Source of the DNA: an uncultured delta proteobacterium
Lineage (GTDB): Bacteria; Desulfobacterota; Binatia; UBA9968
Reading direction: 5' to 3'
DNA length: 64,000 nucleotides
Assembly: GCA_963771465.1 (NCBI GenBank)
Contig: CAVYTU010000015.1
Coordinates: 576,001 to 640,000, forward strand
Below are positions 39,339 to 50,042 of this stretch, one piece after another. A program made the position numbers and the translations under genes. Every line of letters begins with the position of its first letter. The stretch's first letter is position 1. The notes beneath the pieces are model-generated. The model saw only the letters and a list, made by a program, of their open reading frames with translations, had not been told where the DNA came from and did not search any database.

Positions 39339-40462
39339 CCGAATAAACGTTCGGCCACATAATCCTCACTCGGTCGCGACGATTGCGACAAAATTGAAAT
39401 TCTCTTGAACCGTCTTTCATAGATCGAAATCTCTCATGGGTCTGCGCATAGCCGTCGGCGCCGCCGTTAAAAACATTGAACTGAATCGAGATTCCATTTT
39501 TCATTTCCGGCTCTCATTTGTCTAACGCCAACTCGGGCCCCCATGACGTCCTGGAACAGCGAAAACGGTTCCCGCGCGAACCTCCAAACATGTTGCACCA
39601 AATTGCCAAAGACTAGATTCTGCCCAACACCCAGAAGGCCGGGGACATGCTCATGACGAAAAGCCCGCAAGGACAAGTTATTCAAATCGAGTCCGCTTTT
39701 TTCCTATGTCACTGGTTGATCTAACTCTCAATGACTATTTCGTTCGATTTTTGATATATCCGCTGCTCGGAAGACGGTTAACCTTTGATGTGAAAGTACG
39801 GATATCAAAGCCATCCGTGCACGCTTCTCGAATTAGCCTGAGTTCTCCACATCACGCTCGCAATTTTGATTGCCGTTTCGATGAAACTCTGCGGACAACC
39901 TTTACTGTTGACCGGAATTCGACGTTTTTTTTCTTTTTAACTCCCGTTCGGGAACGCGTTGGGCGAGTACGGTTGAACGAGAATTCCACGCAAACAGTAA
40001 AGTAGCAGAGCGCTGGAGAAGATTTAACGAGACTTCATTCACTTCCTGCAGCATGACCGGTCAGGTCGCTTGGAATCTTTCTGTCTCGAAGCATTTTACA
40101 TGACACGTATAGCCAAGTCTTGTTTCTTTAGTCGTGAACAGCGTGTGGGCGTATTTTCTTATGGTCATCAACCGAACAAATTTCGTCGTGGTGGAGATTC
40201 AAAATTGTCTAGCGGGCACCGTGTGGTTGCTGAAATACAATCCCACTTTCCTAAAGAATACTGCGCCACGATCGTGGCACAACTCCTGCTCTAAGGCACA
40301 AGTTACGAAACGCCCGAGGCCTCATAAATGATCCGCTAGGCTCACCGACTCTAATTACCCGAATAGCAACCGGCGCTTGCCCTCTCGTTGGATCAGTCGA
40401 GATCTTGAGCTGAGACGCGTGTTCGACTATGGCCGCTAACACGATGAAAGGTTCCTTGTGAA

Positions 40463-41962
40463 ATGAAACAAAAGCTCTTCAAACTTTGGACTCGATATTT
40501 TTCGTCTTTACGGCTCTTTTATCTTTGCCGATCGGCGCCCTTCTTTTTTATTCTCTGTTTAGCAAACACTTCCGCCGCTGCGGTGATCGATGTAAGAACC
40601 TATGGCGCTCTGCCGGATGATTCCGGCGACGATAGCGCCGCGATCCAAAGAGCCATAGACAACGCGCCGGACAAGAGCACGATTTACTTTCCTCGGGGGA
40701 CTTATTTGGTCGCCGGCGTAACGATCAACTATCGGAATGGTTTGACTCTATCAGGCGACGGCTCGACATTGACCATCTTGAAACGTTCTGGAAGCTACCC
40801 AAACATTTTTGAGAGTATCGGCTCAACGGATATCCTCGTCACCCAATTAGGTTTCGATGCCAATGGCATCACTGCCTATGGAGGATTCAATTTTTATGAC
40901 GCCAAACGAATCACCATCACGAAAACCCACTTTTTTGACGGCAATAAGCAGCCGGTCGGAGGATATGATCGTTACTCGTGGGTGTTTGGTCGAGGAAGCG
41001 TTCCCAGCGAAGACATTCTGATCACTGACAATTTAATTGAAGATCTCCAAGTAGAGATCGACTTTGGCCTTAGAGTCCGCATCGAAGGCAATACCGTCGT
41101 AAGACCCGTCGCGACTTCTGGAATCGGTGTTTTCACGATCAACGACAATACCGCCGCACAAGAATATACGATTCAGAAAAATACGATTGTCGATCCCGTG
41201 GTGAGCGCGGGAGGCATTGTCCTGCATCTAGATCCCCCCAGTAGCAGTTATTCGACGATGAAAACTTTTCGAATTCTCGACAATCATATTGTCTATACGA
41301 AATATATCGGTGGCAACCACGCCAGCGCGATCCGTCTTGGAACGGGTGATAACAGCCAAGCCACCAGGGGAAATGTCTTCGATAACATAGTCATCCAGAA
41401 TAATGTAGTCTACAAAGATCCCGATAGCTCATACGATTTCGGCGACGTCAATGCCATCATTTTTGGCAACAGCTCTGCCGTTGCCAATTTTAGATTCGAT
41501 AATACCAACGTAAGCAACAATCTGATTTACTATGATAATAGGTTTGGACTAGCTGGAATACCTAGCATTGATATACGTCAAAAAGGCATCAACTATAGTG
41601 AAAGTAATAACCCGGCGTATGCTATTTCGTCTGATATCATGCCGCCGTCGGTTCCGACGGCTCTAACGACCACGTATGTTTCAGGTACGGAAATACAACT
41701 GGCGTGGAATCCGTCAGTCGACAACATTGGAGTATACCGATATCGCATTTACAGAAATGGAGTGGCGAAAAGCTACAGCACTAGCACATCTTACGCAGAC
41801 AAAAGCCTGATCTCGGGAACTACCTATACCTACACGGTAACTGCTTTCGATGTGGCTGGAAACGAATCGGGTCAATCCTCTGCCGTCACAGCCACAACCA
41901 CCTCAACCGGTACAACCTCAACCCATGGACGTGGCCGTACCAAGAAGGTTGCGACTCGGTGA
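40463..41962 (+). CDS. secreted right-handed beta-helix protein (pectate lyase 3/GH28-like) with FN3 domain
   Basis: Signal peptide, DVRTYGA.PDD.GDDSAAIQRAID...YFPRGTY, and C-terminal PSVPT..LAWNPSVDNIGV..Y.IYRNG...AFDVAGNES. Confidence 0.85.
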   Translation: MKQKLFKLWTRYFSSLRLFYLCRSAPFFFILCLANTSAAAVIDVRTYGALPDDSGDDSAAIQRAIDNAPDKSTIYFPRGTYLVAGVTINYRNGLTLSGDGSTLTILKRSGSYPNIFESIGSTDILVTQLGFDANGITAYGGFNFYDAKRITITKTHFFDGNKQPVGGYDRYSWVFGRGSVPSEDILITDNLIEDLQVEIDFGLRVRIEGNTVVRPVATSGIGVFTINDNTAAQEYTIQKNTIVDPVVSAGGIVLHLDPPSSSYSTMKTFRILDNHIVYTKYIGGNHASAIRLGTGDNSQATRGNVFDNIVIQNNVVYKDPDSSYDFGDVNAIIFGNSSAVANFRFDNTNVSNNLIYYDNRFGLAGIPSIDIRQKGINYSESNNPAYAISSDIMPPSVPTALTTTYVSGTEIQLAWNPSVDNIGVYRYRIYRNGVAKSYSTSTSYADKSLISGTTYTYTVTAFDVAGNESGQSSAVTATTTSTGTTSTHGRGRTKKVATR

Positions 41963-41972
41963 GGATGGAGTT

Positions 41973-42030
41973 TCTGAACTCTTCCGAACTTTGCGCCCTT
42001 GCGTCTTTGCGGGAGATACTCGAGTTCGGA
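41973..42030. repeat. short palindromic intergenic element with TTGCG mini-repeats
   Basis: TCTGAACTC / GAGTTCGGA arms around TTGCGCCCTTGCGTCTTTGCG. Confidence 0.35.
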
Positions 42031-42227
42031 ACAGAGACATGAAAAAAAGGCCCGGTCTAGGAAATCCCCAGCCGAGCCTCAATTGGAACAAAGCAGCGAC
42101 TCGATGATTTTGCGTCACGCTGCTTAAACTGTGCTGTTTTTAGAGGGTCTTTTCTTCCGCGGCCAGACTATCGCTCCGATTCTGAGGTCCCCTTCTCTAA
42201 TCGATTGCATGTCGCGGCCGAACCCGT

Positions 42228-43506
42228 TTATTGTTCAACCGCATCCGATGCTTGCAAATTCGACGACATCCATCCTTGTCTGGGTTTACCGACAATTCGG
42301 TTATTACTCGTCTTATTCCCGCCCAACGAACCTTCTAGCCTATAGGCGACCTCGGACGCCTCAACAACATTGTTACGAACCTCATTGGATAGCAGCTCCC
42401 CACTCAAAGAGATGCCACTCGTGAACCCTTTCACGGTATTGTCCGCCACAAGAGATTTTTGGATGCGTCTTAGATCAATCGCGTATCCCCTACCGCCCGG
42501 CCCTTCATTTTCAAACTTGTTGCCACTGACGGTCAGTCCATTGAAGAGGATCCCCGCAGTAGCCGTTGTGTTGGCAAAGATCATCTGACTTGGTTGTGGC
42601 GCGTTGGCTTCGATGCGTAGACGATTGTTTTTGATCACGAGATCTTCAAACACATTTCCTGTGGTCTTCTATAGAATTATTCGGCGTGCCAATGCGGACG
42701 CCGTATCCGGCTGTCTTGGTCCGGATGACTTGATTGTCGGCAATGGTAATTCGCCGGAACACGCAATGGCTGTCGGTCGGCGGATCGATGCCAACACTAA
42801 AGCCCGCGCCAACGGGATCGATCACAATGTTGTTGGTGATCTGATAGTCCTCCGCAATCGCCTTATCTCCGACCGTAAATATGCCGATTCCGGCCGTCGC
42901 AACCGCACGCTTCACACTATTTCGCTCGATCACCACTCTTTGCGAGTGATTCACTTCGAGCTGCAAGTCCTCGATCACATTGTTCAGAATCTTTATGTCG
43001 CGGCTCGGCACTGAACCCCGCGCAAAGACGAACGAGTAGCGATCCGTCCTACCGACGGGTTTCGGAGCGCTGTCGATGAACCTGTTATTTTCAATGCGAA
43101 CTCCCGTTACCGCATAAAACACCACACCGCCATAGGACACGATGCCGTTTGCGTCAAACGCCAGATTGGAAATCACGATATCGCGAGACGCCTCGATCGT
43201 GGCCAGCCGCGCCGCGCCAGCCCTCTGCCTGATTACCGATTTCTGTCCTTCTCCGGCGAAGGATAAACCTGAACGATTTTTGACAACAAAATTCGAGACA
43301 TCGTAGATGCCGGAGGGAAAATAAATCGTCTCCCTAGCTTTCGCAGCATTTATTGCCGCTTGAATAGCCGCTGTATCATCCGCGGCCCCATCACCTCTGG
43401 CCCCAAAATCCCTAACGTTGACGATCCTGCCACCTTTGGGTTCCGACTCTGCTGATACCAGGCGACACGAACTTAAGGTCAGCACCAAGAAAACACTTAT
43501 GAGCAT
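42228..43506 (-). pseudogene. beta-helix (pectate lyase 3-like) putative lipoprotein, one +1 frameshift near 42668 (possible sequencing error)
   Basis: MLISVFLVLTLSSC lipobox-like start and NVRDFGARGDG. Paralogous to 40463-41962. Removing one base restores NNSIKTTGNVFEDLVIKNN. Confidence 0.75.
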
Positions 43507-43584
43507 TCTAAGACTCACATTACCTCCGAACCAACGAGATTTTCTGTCGTAGACCCGTGATCGCTTTATCCGCGAGCAATGGGC

Positions 43585-43637
43585 TGTAGAGATGATCCAT
43601 GTCGCCGAGCAGACGGCGCACCGTGAAGCGCTGCCGG
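43585..43637. repeat. 53-bp imperfect copy of the glycosyltransferase 3' region at 44893-44945
   Basis: 50/53 identical. Translates RQRFTVRRLLGDMDHLY versus RQRFTVRRLLDDMEHLY. Confidence 0.85.
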
Positions 43638-43687
43638 GGCCCCGTAGTAAGTCGGAAACTGCATTCGCTGATCTGGTTTTGCAAAGA

Positions 43688-44551
43688 TTACAGAGCCGCA
43701 GAGGAGTGCCGGGAATGGATATCATGCCAACCGGGGATGGGTCTGCCCAGCAACCATCTAAGCCCCTGTGTAAGCTTACGGCCCCAGGTGATCCGTCTCA
43801 AACGAGAGTAGTCTCCGAAACAATGATAAAGAATAAATATTCCTTTATATTCTCTCAAAACACTGTCCTTTGTTTTCCATTTTCCTGGAAGATCTTCGCC
43901 AAAAAGGCCGGATGAACCAGAAGGAAACTGATAATTTATTGTCTTCCCTTCTTTAGCGGGATCAGGCAATACTTGGAATGCAATATTTTCTTGCTGTACC
44001 GACTTGAACTGCCCATATCCGAGTTGCACTAATAAGTCGATTTGGTCTTCAAGCGCCCTGAAGGCAGTCTTCTCCGATTCGATCGAAACGTAATTCGGTT
44101 TGATGTCAAAGTCGAGCAACGATTCGAGACAAACAAGATCGGAGCCTTCAATATCGATTTTCATGTAATACGGAATTCCGTATTGTCTCAGACACTCTTT
44201 GAAATCGACAACCTCAACTTCAATGACCTCGTTATCGGTTCCCAGGATTTGATTCCTATGGGCCCAGTCATCATTGACGGTTCCCCATGTCGATTTTTTC
44301 CGATTACGGTAGAACTTAATGCTCTTTGGCGCGTGCGCCTGAAGCTTAGGATCCACAATAGCCCCTTCAATTATGGTCAGCTCTTTCCGGTCCATTGCTT
44401 TCGCAAACCTGGTTCTGCAGAGGTTCACGAGGTCTGGATTGGCTTCGAAAGCAACGACTCTGAAGCCCTTCTGTAAGTAATAGTCGGTATCTTCTCCTTT
44501 ATGCATCCCGACATCATAGATCAAATCCAAGTGTTTTGGTGGTGGGTTCAT
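43688..44551 (-). CDS. FkbM family methyltransferase
   Basis: LIYDVGMHKGEDT, VAFEANP, YMKIDIEGSD. Confidence 0.88.
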   Translation of the reverse strand: MNPPPKHLDLIYDVGMHKGEDTDYYLQKGFRVVAFEANPDLVNLCRTRFAKAMDRKELTIIEGAIVDPKLQAHAPKSIKFYRNRKKSTWGTVNDDWAHRNQILGTDNEVIEVEVVDFKECLRQYGIPYYMKIDIEGSDLVCLESLLDFDIKPNYVSIESEKTAFRALEDQIDLLVQLGYGQFKSVQQENIAFQVLPDPAKEGKTINYQFPSGSSGLFGEDLPGKWKTKDSVLREYKGIFILYHCFGDYSRLRRITWGRKLTQGLRWLLGRPIPGWHDIHSRHSSAAL

Positions 44552-44797
44552 AGCTTGACTCTAATCATTCAGTATTCAAGAGAATCGGTCGTTTTCAAAT
44601 TCCCCAACGTCCGTCCTGGTATCGGTTATCCGAGAGTTCGGTTATTGGCCTTTCTACTTCTGCCCAACGAACCATCCGCCGTTTTCGATCGAAAAGATTG
44701 TTTGTGATCAAGATATTCGCAAAATATTGCCACTAGTTCGCGTGCGCTGTTTGGCCTGTCTAGGCGAATACCCCTAACTAAAAAATGATAGCCAGAA

Positions 44798-46051
44798 CTA
44801 TTTTGATTCGCCCGCTGTCCAAATTATTTTCTCCCGCGGCTGAACCCGCTCCATCGTCGGAATAGCGATCGCCTTCTCCTCGAGAAGTTCGGTGTAGAGA
44901 TGCTCCATGTCGTCGAGCAGACGTCGCACCGTGAAGCGCTGCCGGACGAACTCCTGTCCGTTCCTACCCAACTCTCCCGCGGTGTGCGGGCTCTGCAGTA
45001 AGCCGCCGACTGCACACGCGAGCGCGTCAGCGTCCCGCGGCGGAACCAACCGCCCGGTCTTATGATCTTCGATCAGATCCGGCAGGCCACCGACACGAGT
45101 CGCGACCACCGGGCAACCCGCGGCCATCGCTTCAATCGCGGAGACCGGAGTGCCTTCGTTATCTGACGACACGACAAGAACGTTCAGGTCAACGCAGATA
45201 CGCGGCAGGTCGGTGCGCCAGCCGGTGAACACAACTCGATCGGCGATACCTAGCTCCCGCGCTTGATTTTCCAAAGTCGGGCGCAAGACACCGTCGCCGA
45301 CGACAACAAAACGTGCCGCCGGTTCTTGAGCAGCAATATACGCGGCGGATTGCAAAAAGAGTGCATGGTTCTTTATAGGAAAGATTCGTCCGACAATTCC
45401 GACCAACTTATGTTCGTCGCTCAAGCCCATTTCTCGTCGAAACTCGCCCTGCTGAACCTGAGAGTTCAGGAACGGATCCAGATCGAAGCCCAAGGGCACG
45501 ACGGAAATTTTCTCGCCCTTTGCAATACCGTAACCGACCAAATCATTCTTGACTTGCTCGCTCACTGTCACCAGTCGGTCGCAAAGCCAAGCCAATGACT
45601 GTTCGACGCGGCGCAACAATTCATTTTTCGCCGGGCCGTAGTAACCGTGCAGCACATGGCCATGAAAAGTATGAACCACCACCGGCACACCCGCCATTCG
45701 AGCGGCAAGACGCCCCAAGAAACCCGCCTTGGCGGTATGGGTGTGGACGATGTGAGGCCGCTCTTTGCGCATCAACGAGTACAACTTCCATAAAGCTTTG
45801 CCATCTCTTGGCGCTAGGCTGAAAGCCGTTACGATTTCCGGAATGACTGTAGGTTTCACACCGTGCGCCAGCGCAAAGTCCAACATCGAACCCTCGGCTT
45901 CATTTTCACTCCCCGCCACAAGCAGCGACAGATAACGGTTCGGGTTCAAACCTGCCGTTAGATTGACGACGTGGATGGCCGGGCCGCCGACGTTCAGCCG
46001 GCCGATGATGCGAAGGATCTTGATTCTGTCTTCGATGTTTCGGACAGCCAA
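44798..46051 (-). CDS. glycosyltransferase family 4
   Basis: RLNVGGPA, HTHTAKAG, EGTPVSAIEAMAAG. TTG start after AGGAG. Confidence 0.9.
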   Translation of the reverse strand: MAVRNIEDRIKILRIIGRLNVGGPAIHVVNLTAGLNPNRYLSLLVAGSENEAEGSMLDFALAHGVKPTVIPEIVTAFSLAPRDGKALWKLYSLMRKERPHIVHTHTAKAGFLGRLAARMAGVPVVVHTFHGHVLHGYYGPAKNELLRRVEQSLAWLCDRLVTVSEQVKNDLVGYGIAKGEKISVVPLGFDLDPFLNSQVQQGEFRREMGLSDEHKLVGIVGRIFPIKNHALFLQSAAYIAAQEPAARFVVVGDGVLRPTLENQARELGIADRVVFTGWRTDLPRICVDLNVLVVSSDNEGTPVSAIEAMAAGCPVVATRVGGLPDLIEDHKTGRLVPPRDADALACAVGGLLQSPHTAGELGRNGQEFVRQRFTVRRLLDDMEHLYTELLEEKAIAIPTMERVQPREKIIWTAGESK

Positions 46052-47979
46052 TGACTCTTCTCCTGGTCGATGAAGATTCGATGCCAAATCTCGAATGTCA
46101 GCAACGACCAAAGCCTGTGTCCGTGGTCGCGCTTGCCGCTTTCATGCTCGGCGATGAGCCTGCGCAAGGTTGGTTCGTGGAAGTATCCGCGCGCCAATGC
46201 CTCACGACTCAGAAGCGTCTCATGCAAATAGCTGTTCAGACTGGTGCGAAACCACCGGCCCACCGGCACGCCGAAGCCATGCTTTTTTCGATGAATAATT
46301 TCTTTGGGAAGGATATCCGCAAGCGCCGCCTTCAATATATATTTCGTGGTCATGCCCTTGAGCTTGAGCGCCGAGGGGATGCCGGACGCGAACTCCAAGA
46401 GTTCCTGATCGAGAAACGGGCAGCGCGCTTCGAGCGAGTTGGCCATGGTCATGCGATCGGTTTTAACCAACAGATCTCCCGGCAGATAAGTCGCCATATT
46501 GACCGAAAGCAGCTGGCCGATCAGATCATCGCCGCTAACCGAATCGAAATACCTCTGGAAATGCGCCACGGGAGACGATTCCAGGTCATCCACCAGGAGT
46601 TCACCGATTAGCGTCGGTGAAAAAATCCCGACCCAGCCCAAATAACGCTCGGATAAAGGCAACGCCGCGCTGTCGACAAATCGGCGCGCGCGCCGGACGA
46701 AGCTGCGGTAGGTCGTCGCTTCCGGCATGAGGTCAAGAGTTTGTTTCGCCGCGTTGCGCAACAGCGCGGGCGCGCGGCGATAATTTTCCGCCAAGCGCGC
46801 GGCGACGAAACGCTCATAACCGGCGAATAATTCATCGCCGCCGTCGCCGGTGAGAGCGACCTTGACATGCTCGCGGGTCTTTTGCGCGACCAAGAAAGAG
46901 GGAATCGCCGAAGAGTCGGCAAACGGCTGATCATGATGCCAAACCAGCTTCGGCAGCATCTCGATGGCGTCCGGACTCACCATGAACTCGCGATGCTCCG
47001 ATTTGAATTGCTTGGCGACCCTCCGGGCATATTCCAGCTCATTGAACGACGGATCATCGCTAAAGCCCATGGCAAACGTCTTGACCGGCTGTTTCATGAT
47101 CCGCGACATGAACGCGACAATCGCCGCCGAATCGACCCCGCCGCTGAGGAATGCGCCCAAGGGCACGTCGCTGACCAGCCGCACTCTGACGGCTTCTTCA
47201 AACAGCTCGCGCAATCGTTCGATATATTGTTTCTCCGAAAGAGCAGGCTCGATAGTTTTTTGCCGCGGCGCTTGCCAATAGCGATCGACAGTTACCGCGC
47301 CATTTTCAACCACCAGTCTATGGGCCGGCGGCAGCTCGAAGATATTTTCAAAAAATGTGTCGGGCGCCGGTACATAGCCGTAGCTCAGATACAACGGCAA
47401 AACGCTGCGGCGGACCTGCGCTTTTACCGAGGGGTCGGCCAAGATCGCCTTAATCTCGGAGCCGAAAATGATCCGGCCGTCATGCTGATAATAGTAAAGC
47501 GGTTTCTTGCCGACCCGGTCGCGCGCCAGCAGCAATCGTGGACCTTGGGTGAGAGTCTCGGCAGCGCCGCTGGCTGCGGATCGGGAGTCATAGATGGCCA
47601 GCGCGAACATGCCCCGCAGATGATGCAAGAACTCGTCGCCCCAGTTTTCGTAGGCGCGCAGGACGACCTCGGTGTCGGAGCGAGTCTTGAAACGATAGCC
47701 CTGGCCTTCCAGTTCTTTGCGCAATTCTTTAAAATTATAAATTTCACCGTTGAAGACGATCCAACAATCCTGGCGTTCGTTGGCGATCGGCTGATGGCCG
47801 CTGTTGAGATCGATAATACTCAACCGGGTCATGGCGATGCCGGCGTCTTCGAACTCCGCCTTGCCCCAATCGTCAGGGCCGCGATGCTCGATCGCCATGC
47901 TCATCTTCGCCAGACTCGGCCGCTTCCGGGGAGAATCCCGCCGCGTATCGATGTCTATCCAGCCGCAAATACCGCACAT
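45994..47979 (-). CDS. asnB: asparagine synthase (glutamine-hydrolysing) family amidotransferase
   Basis: MCGICG, HRGPD, FNGEIYN, LSGGVDS, GDGGDELFAGY, RKKHGFGVP. Confidence 0.95.
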   Translation of the reverse strand: MCGICGWIDIDTRRDSPRKRPSLAKMSMAIEHRGPDDWGKAEFEDAGIAMTRLSIIDLNSGHQPIANERQDCWIVFNGEIYNFKELRKELEGQGYRFKTRSDTEVVLRAYENWGDEFLHHLRGMFALAIYDSRSAASGAAETLTQGPRLLLARDRVGKKPLYYYQHDGRIIFGSEIKAILADPSVKAQVRRSVLPLYLSYGYVPAPDTFFENIFELPPAHRLVVENGAVTVDRYWQAPRQKTIEPALSEKQYIERLRELFEEAVRVRLVSDVPLGAFLSGGVDSAAIVAFMSRIMKQPVKTFAMGFSDDPSFNELEYARRVAKQFKSEHREFMVSPDAIEMLPKLVWHHDQPFADSSAIPSFLVAQKTREHVKVALTGDGGDELFAGYERFVAARLAENYRRAPALLRNAAKQTLDLMPEATTYRSFVRRARRFVDSAALPLSERYLGWVGIFSPTLIGELLVDDLESSPVAHFQRYFDSVSGDDLIGQLLSVNMATYLPGDLLVKTDRMTMANSLEARCPFLDQELLEFASGIPSALKLKGMTTKYILKAALADILPKEIIHRKKHGFGVPVGRWFRTSLNSYLHETLLSREALARGYFHEPTLRRLIAEHESGKRDHGHRLWSLLTFEIWHRIFIDQEKSHWLSETSKTESRSFASSAG

Positions 47980-48027
47980 GGTTTTTCAGCTTTCCTAGTT
48001 TTCAATCGCGACAGATCTAGCGAACAT

Positions 48028-48897
48028 TTATGGGTGTCCATTCGCGGACGAACTTTGCGACGCTGCATCGTCCCTAAACTTAGACACACTTGTTGAATCA
48101 GTCGATTTCTTCCTGACCTGCAAGTAAATCACTAGAAAGTAATTTTTCACCTTGTCTCTAACGGCCGCGTCATCATTAATGAACTCCTCGAGCTCAAGCC
48201 AAAGACGCATAAAAGCATTTTTTTTCTCCGCGGGCATTAGATGATTGTGAATCCACTTGAGAGGGGGCAGATTGTAATATCGACAATCGACAACCTCCAA
48301 GCCCACCTCGTTGCATGCCGCGATTACTTCCCGATCGAGCCACGGCAAATCGTAGTGCCTCTCGTTGCCGAGCGAGCCTAAGCTATTTTTGACAATGTTC
48401 TTTGCCAATCGAACCGGTGCTTGAATATCAAATCTCGGTTGCCAATGCCCCGAATCCAACGTAAAAAACGCTTCGCCGCCGGCTTTCAATACGGTTTCTA
48501 CTTGCCGCATAAACGGAATGATCCGGGCCACGTGTTCGAGGACTTGGGTCGCGACGACGATATCGAAGGAATTCGCCGTGAAAAGGCTTTCGAGATCGTA
48601 GCCGCTGCCTTGACGCAAGGTGACCGAAAGTGACCATCCGCGTCGCGCCACCATCTCGCGCGCTTTCTCGATCCCATCAACGTCGATTCCGGTTAGGCGG
48701 AAACGCGCGTCCGTCCGGCTAAGAAGCGGTTCCCAAAATGCTAAAGGTTGAGGTCCGATACAACCGATATCAAGGATGTCGACTGCCGGAGCGTTGGCAA
48801 TGTGATCATGAAGCTTTTCAAGCACTTTGACCTTAGCGACATTTCCAGTCAGCACACTGTTGCCGGCGAAGGCTTCAGACCACGGCTTTGTGCTCAT
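48028..48897 (-). CDS. class I SAM-dependent methyltransferase
   Basis: ILDIGC, TGID, FDIVVATQVLEHV, LKAGG. Confidence 0.82.
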   Translation of the reverse strand: MSTKPWSEAFAGNSVLTGNVAKVKVLEKLHDHIANAPAVDILDIGCIGPQPLAFWEPLLSRTDARFRLTGIDVDGIEKAREMVARRGWSLSVTLRQGSGYDLESLFTANSFDIVVATQVLEHVARIIPFMRQVETVLKAGGEAFFTLDSGHWQPRFDIQAPVRLAKNIVKNSLGSLGNERHYDLPWLDREVIAACNEVGLEVVDCRYYNLPPLKWIHNHLMPAEKKNAFMRLWLELEEFINDDAAVRDKVKNYFLVIYLQVRKKSTDSTSVSKFRDDAASQSSSANGHP

Positions 48898-50014
48898 GAT
48901 TGTATCTCTCCATTTCCTCGTAGAGCGCCAACGTTTGTCGCGCCATTCTCTCTGCGGTAAAAAGCTTTTTCACCCGTTCCTGTCCTCGTCGTCCCATGCG
49001 ATCGCGCTCAACGGGATCTTTTATGAGCTGAATCAACGCACTGGCGAAAGCCTGAGGATTATCGCGCTCGACGAGGAGCCCAGTCTCGCCATCGAGTGCG
49101 ATTTCCGTCAGCGGCGGAATCGCGCTGGCCACCACGGACTTGCTCATCGCCATCGCTTCAACCAGCACTTGGCCGAATCCCTCCGACTTGGTCGCGAAGG
49201 CAAACAGGTCAATGGCGCTGAGAAATGACACGACGTCATTTTGAAAACCGACCAATCGAACGTTTTCGCCCAAACCAAGTCCGTCGATCTGCCGTTGCAG
49301 CGTCGCGCCATAATTCCAGGGATCGTGGCCGGCGATCAGCAGGAGCGCATTGGGAATGGCTTGACGGATCTGCGGCATCGCCGCGATCAGGCAGTCATGG
49401 TTCTTGCGCGGCTCCAGCCGGCCGATGGAGCCGATGACAACCTTGTCGTTGGCCCCCCACTGTTCTCGCAGATGACCTGTCGATTCAGAAAACCTGTCCG
49501 ATTCGATGCCGTAGTGAATTACCCTAGCCTTATCTTCAGGCATGCCGCGACCCACCAGCCAATCTCGCACCGCGTGCGAAATACATAACATCGCGTCGGC
49601 GCGCCGCCACAGTAAATTGAACAGCGGCAAACTCCATCGCCCTGACCAGTCTTCGCTATAGATCGCGTGAACCGAGCAAACCCAAATTAGGCCAGGATCG
49701 ACAATCCTGGCAAAGCCGCCGGCGAAATCGGCGCGCGGCAAGTGGGTGTGCAGGATATCCGGCTTTTCCGTACTTAAGATCTGCCCCAGCCGCCTTAGGA
49801 AGAGCGAGGCGTAGCGGCGATCAGCCTGCAAGTTGAGTATTGGAATATTGTCCCGTTCAAAGTCGGCCCGCAGGGAGCGGCTGTCTTTTACCTGTTCGCG
49901 CAAGCACGCGACCGTGACGTCGACGTTGAGGCGCTTCAAGTAACGGCAGAGCGTCAACAGATGCAGCTCTGCGCCACCGGCCGAAAGCGTGTTGATTAGA
50001 TGTAGAACTTTCAT
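48875..50014 (-). CDS. glycosyltransferase family 4
   Basis: GGAELHL, GRLEPRKN, EGFGQVLVEAMA. Confidence 0.9.
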   Translation of the reverse strand: MKVLHLINTLSAGGAELHLLTLCRYLKRLNVDVTVACLREQVKDSRSLRADFERDNIPILNLQADRRYASLFLRRLGQILSTEKPDILHTHLPRADFAGGFARIVDPGLIWVCSVHAIYSEDWSGRWSLPLFNLLWRRADAMLCISHAVRDWLVGRGMPEDKARVIHYGIESDRFSESTGHLREQWGANDKVVIGSIGRLEPRKNHDCLIAAMPQIRQAIPNALLLIAGHDPWNYGATLQRQIDGLGLGENVRLVGFQNDVVSFLSAIDLFAFATKSEGFGQVLVEAMAMSKSVVASAIPPLTEIALDGETGLLVERDNPQAFASALIQLIKDPVERDRMGRRGQERVKKLFTAERMARQTLALYEEMERYNHEHKAVV

Positions 50015-50042
50015 GGGGAGAAAATTTCTTTTCCGCTCATTA

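Noticed and set aside
46867-48096. 409-aa plus-strand ORF
   Set aside because: Antisense shadow of asnB.
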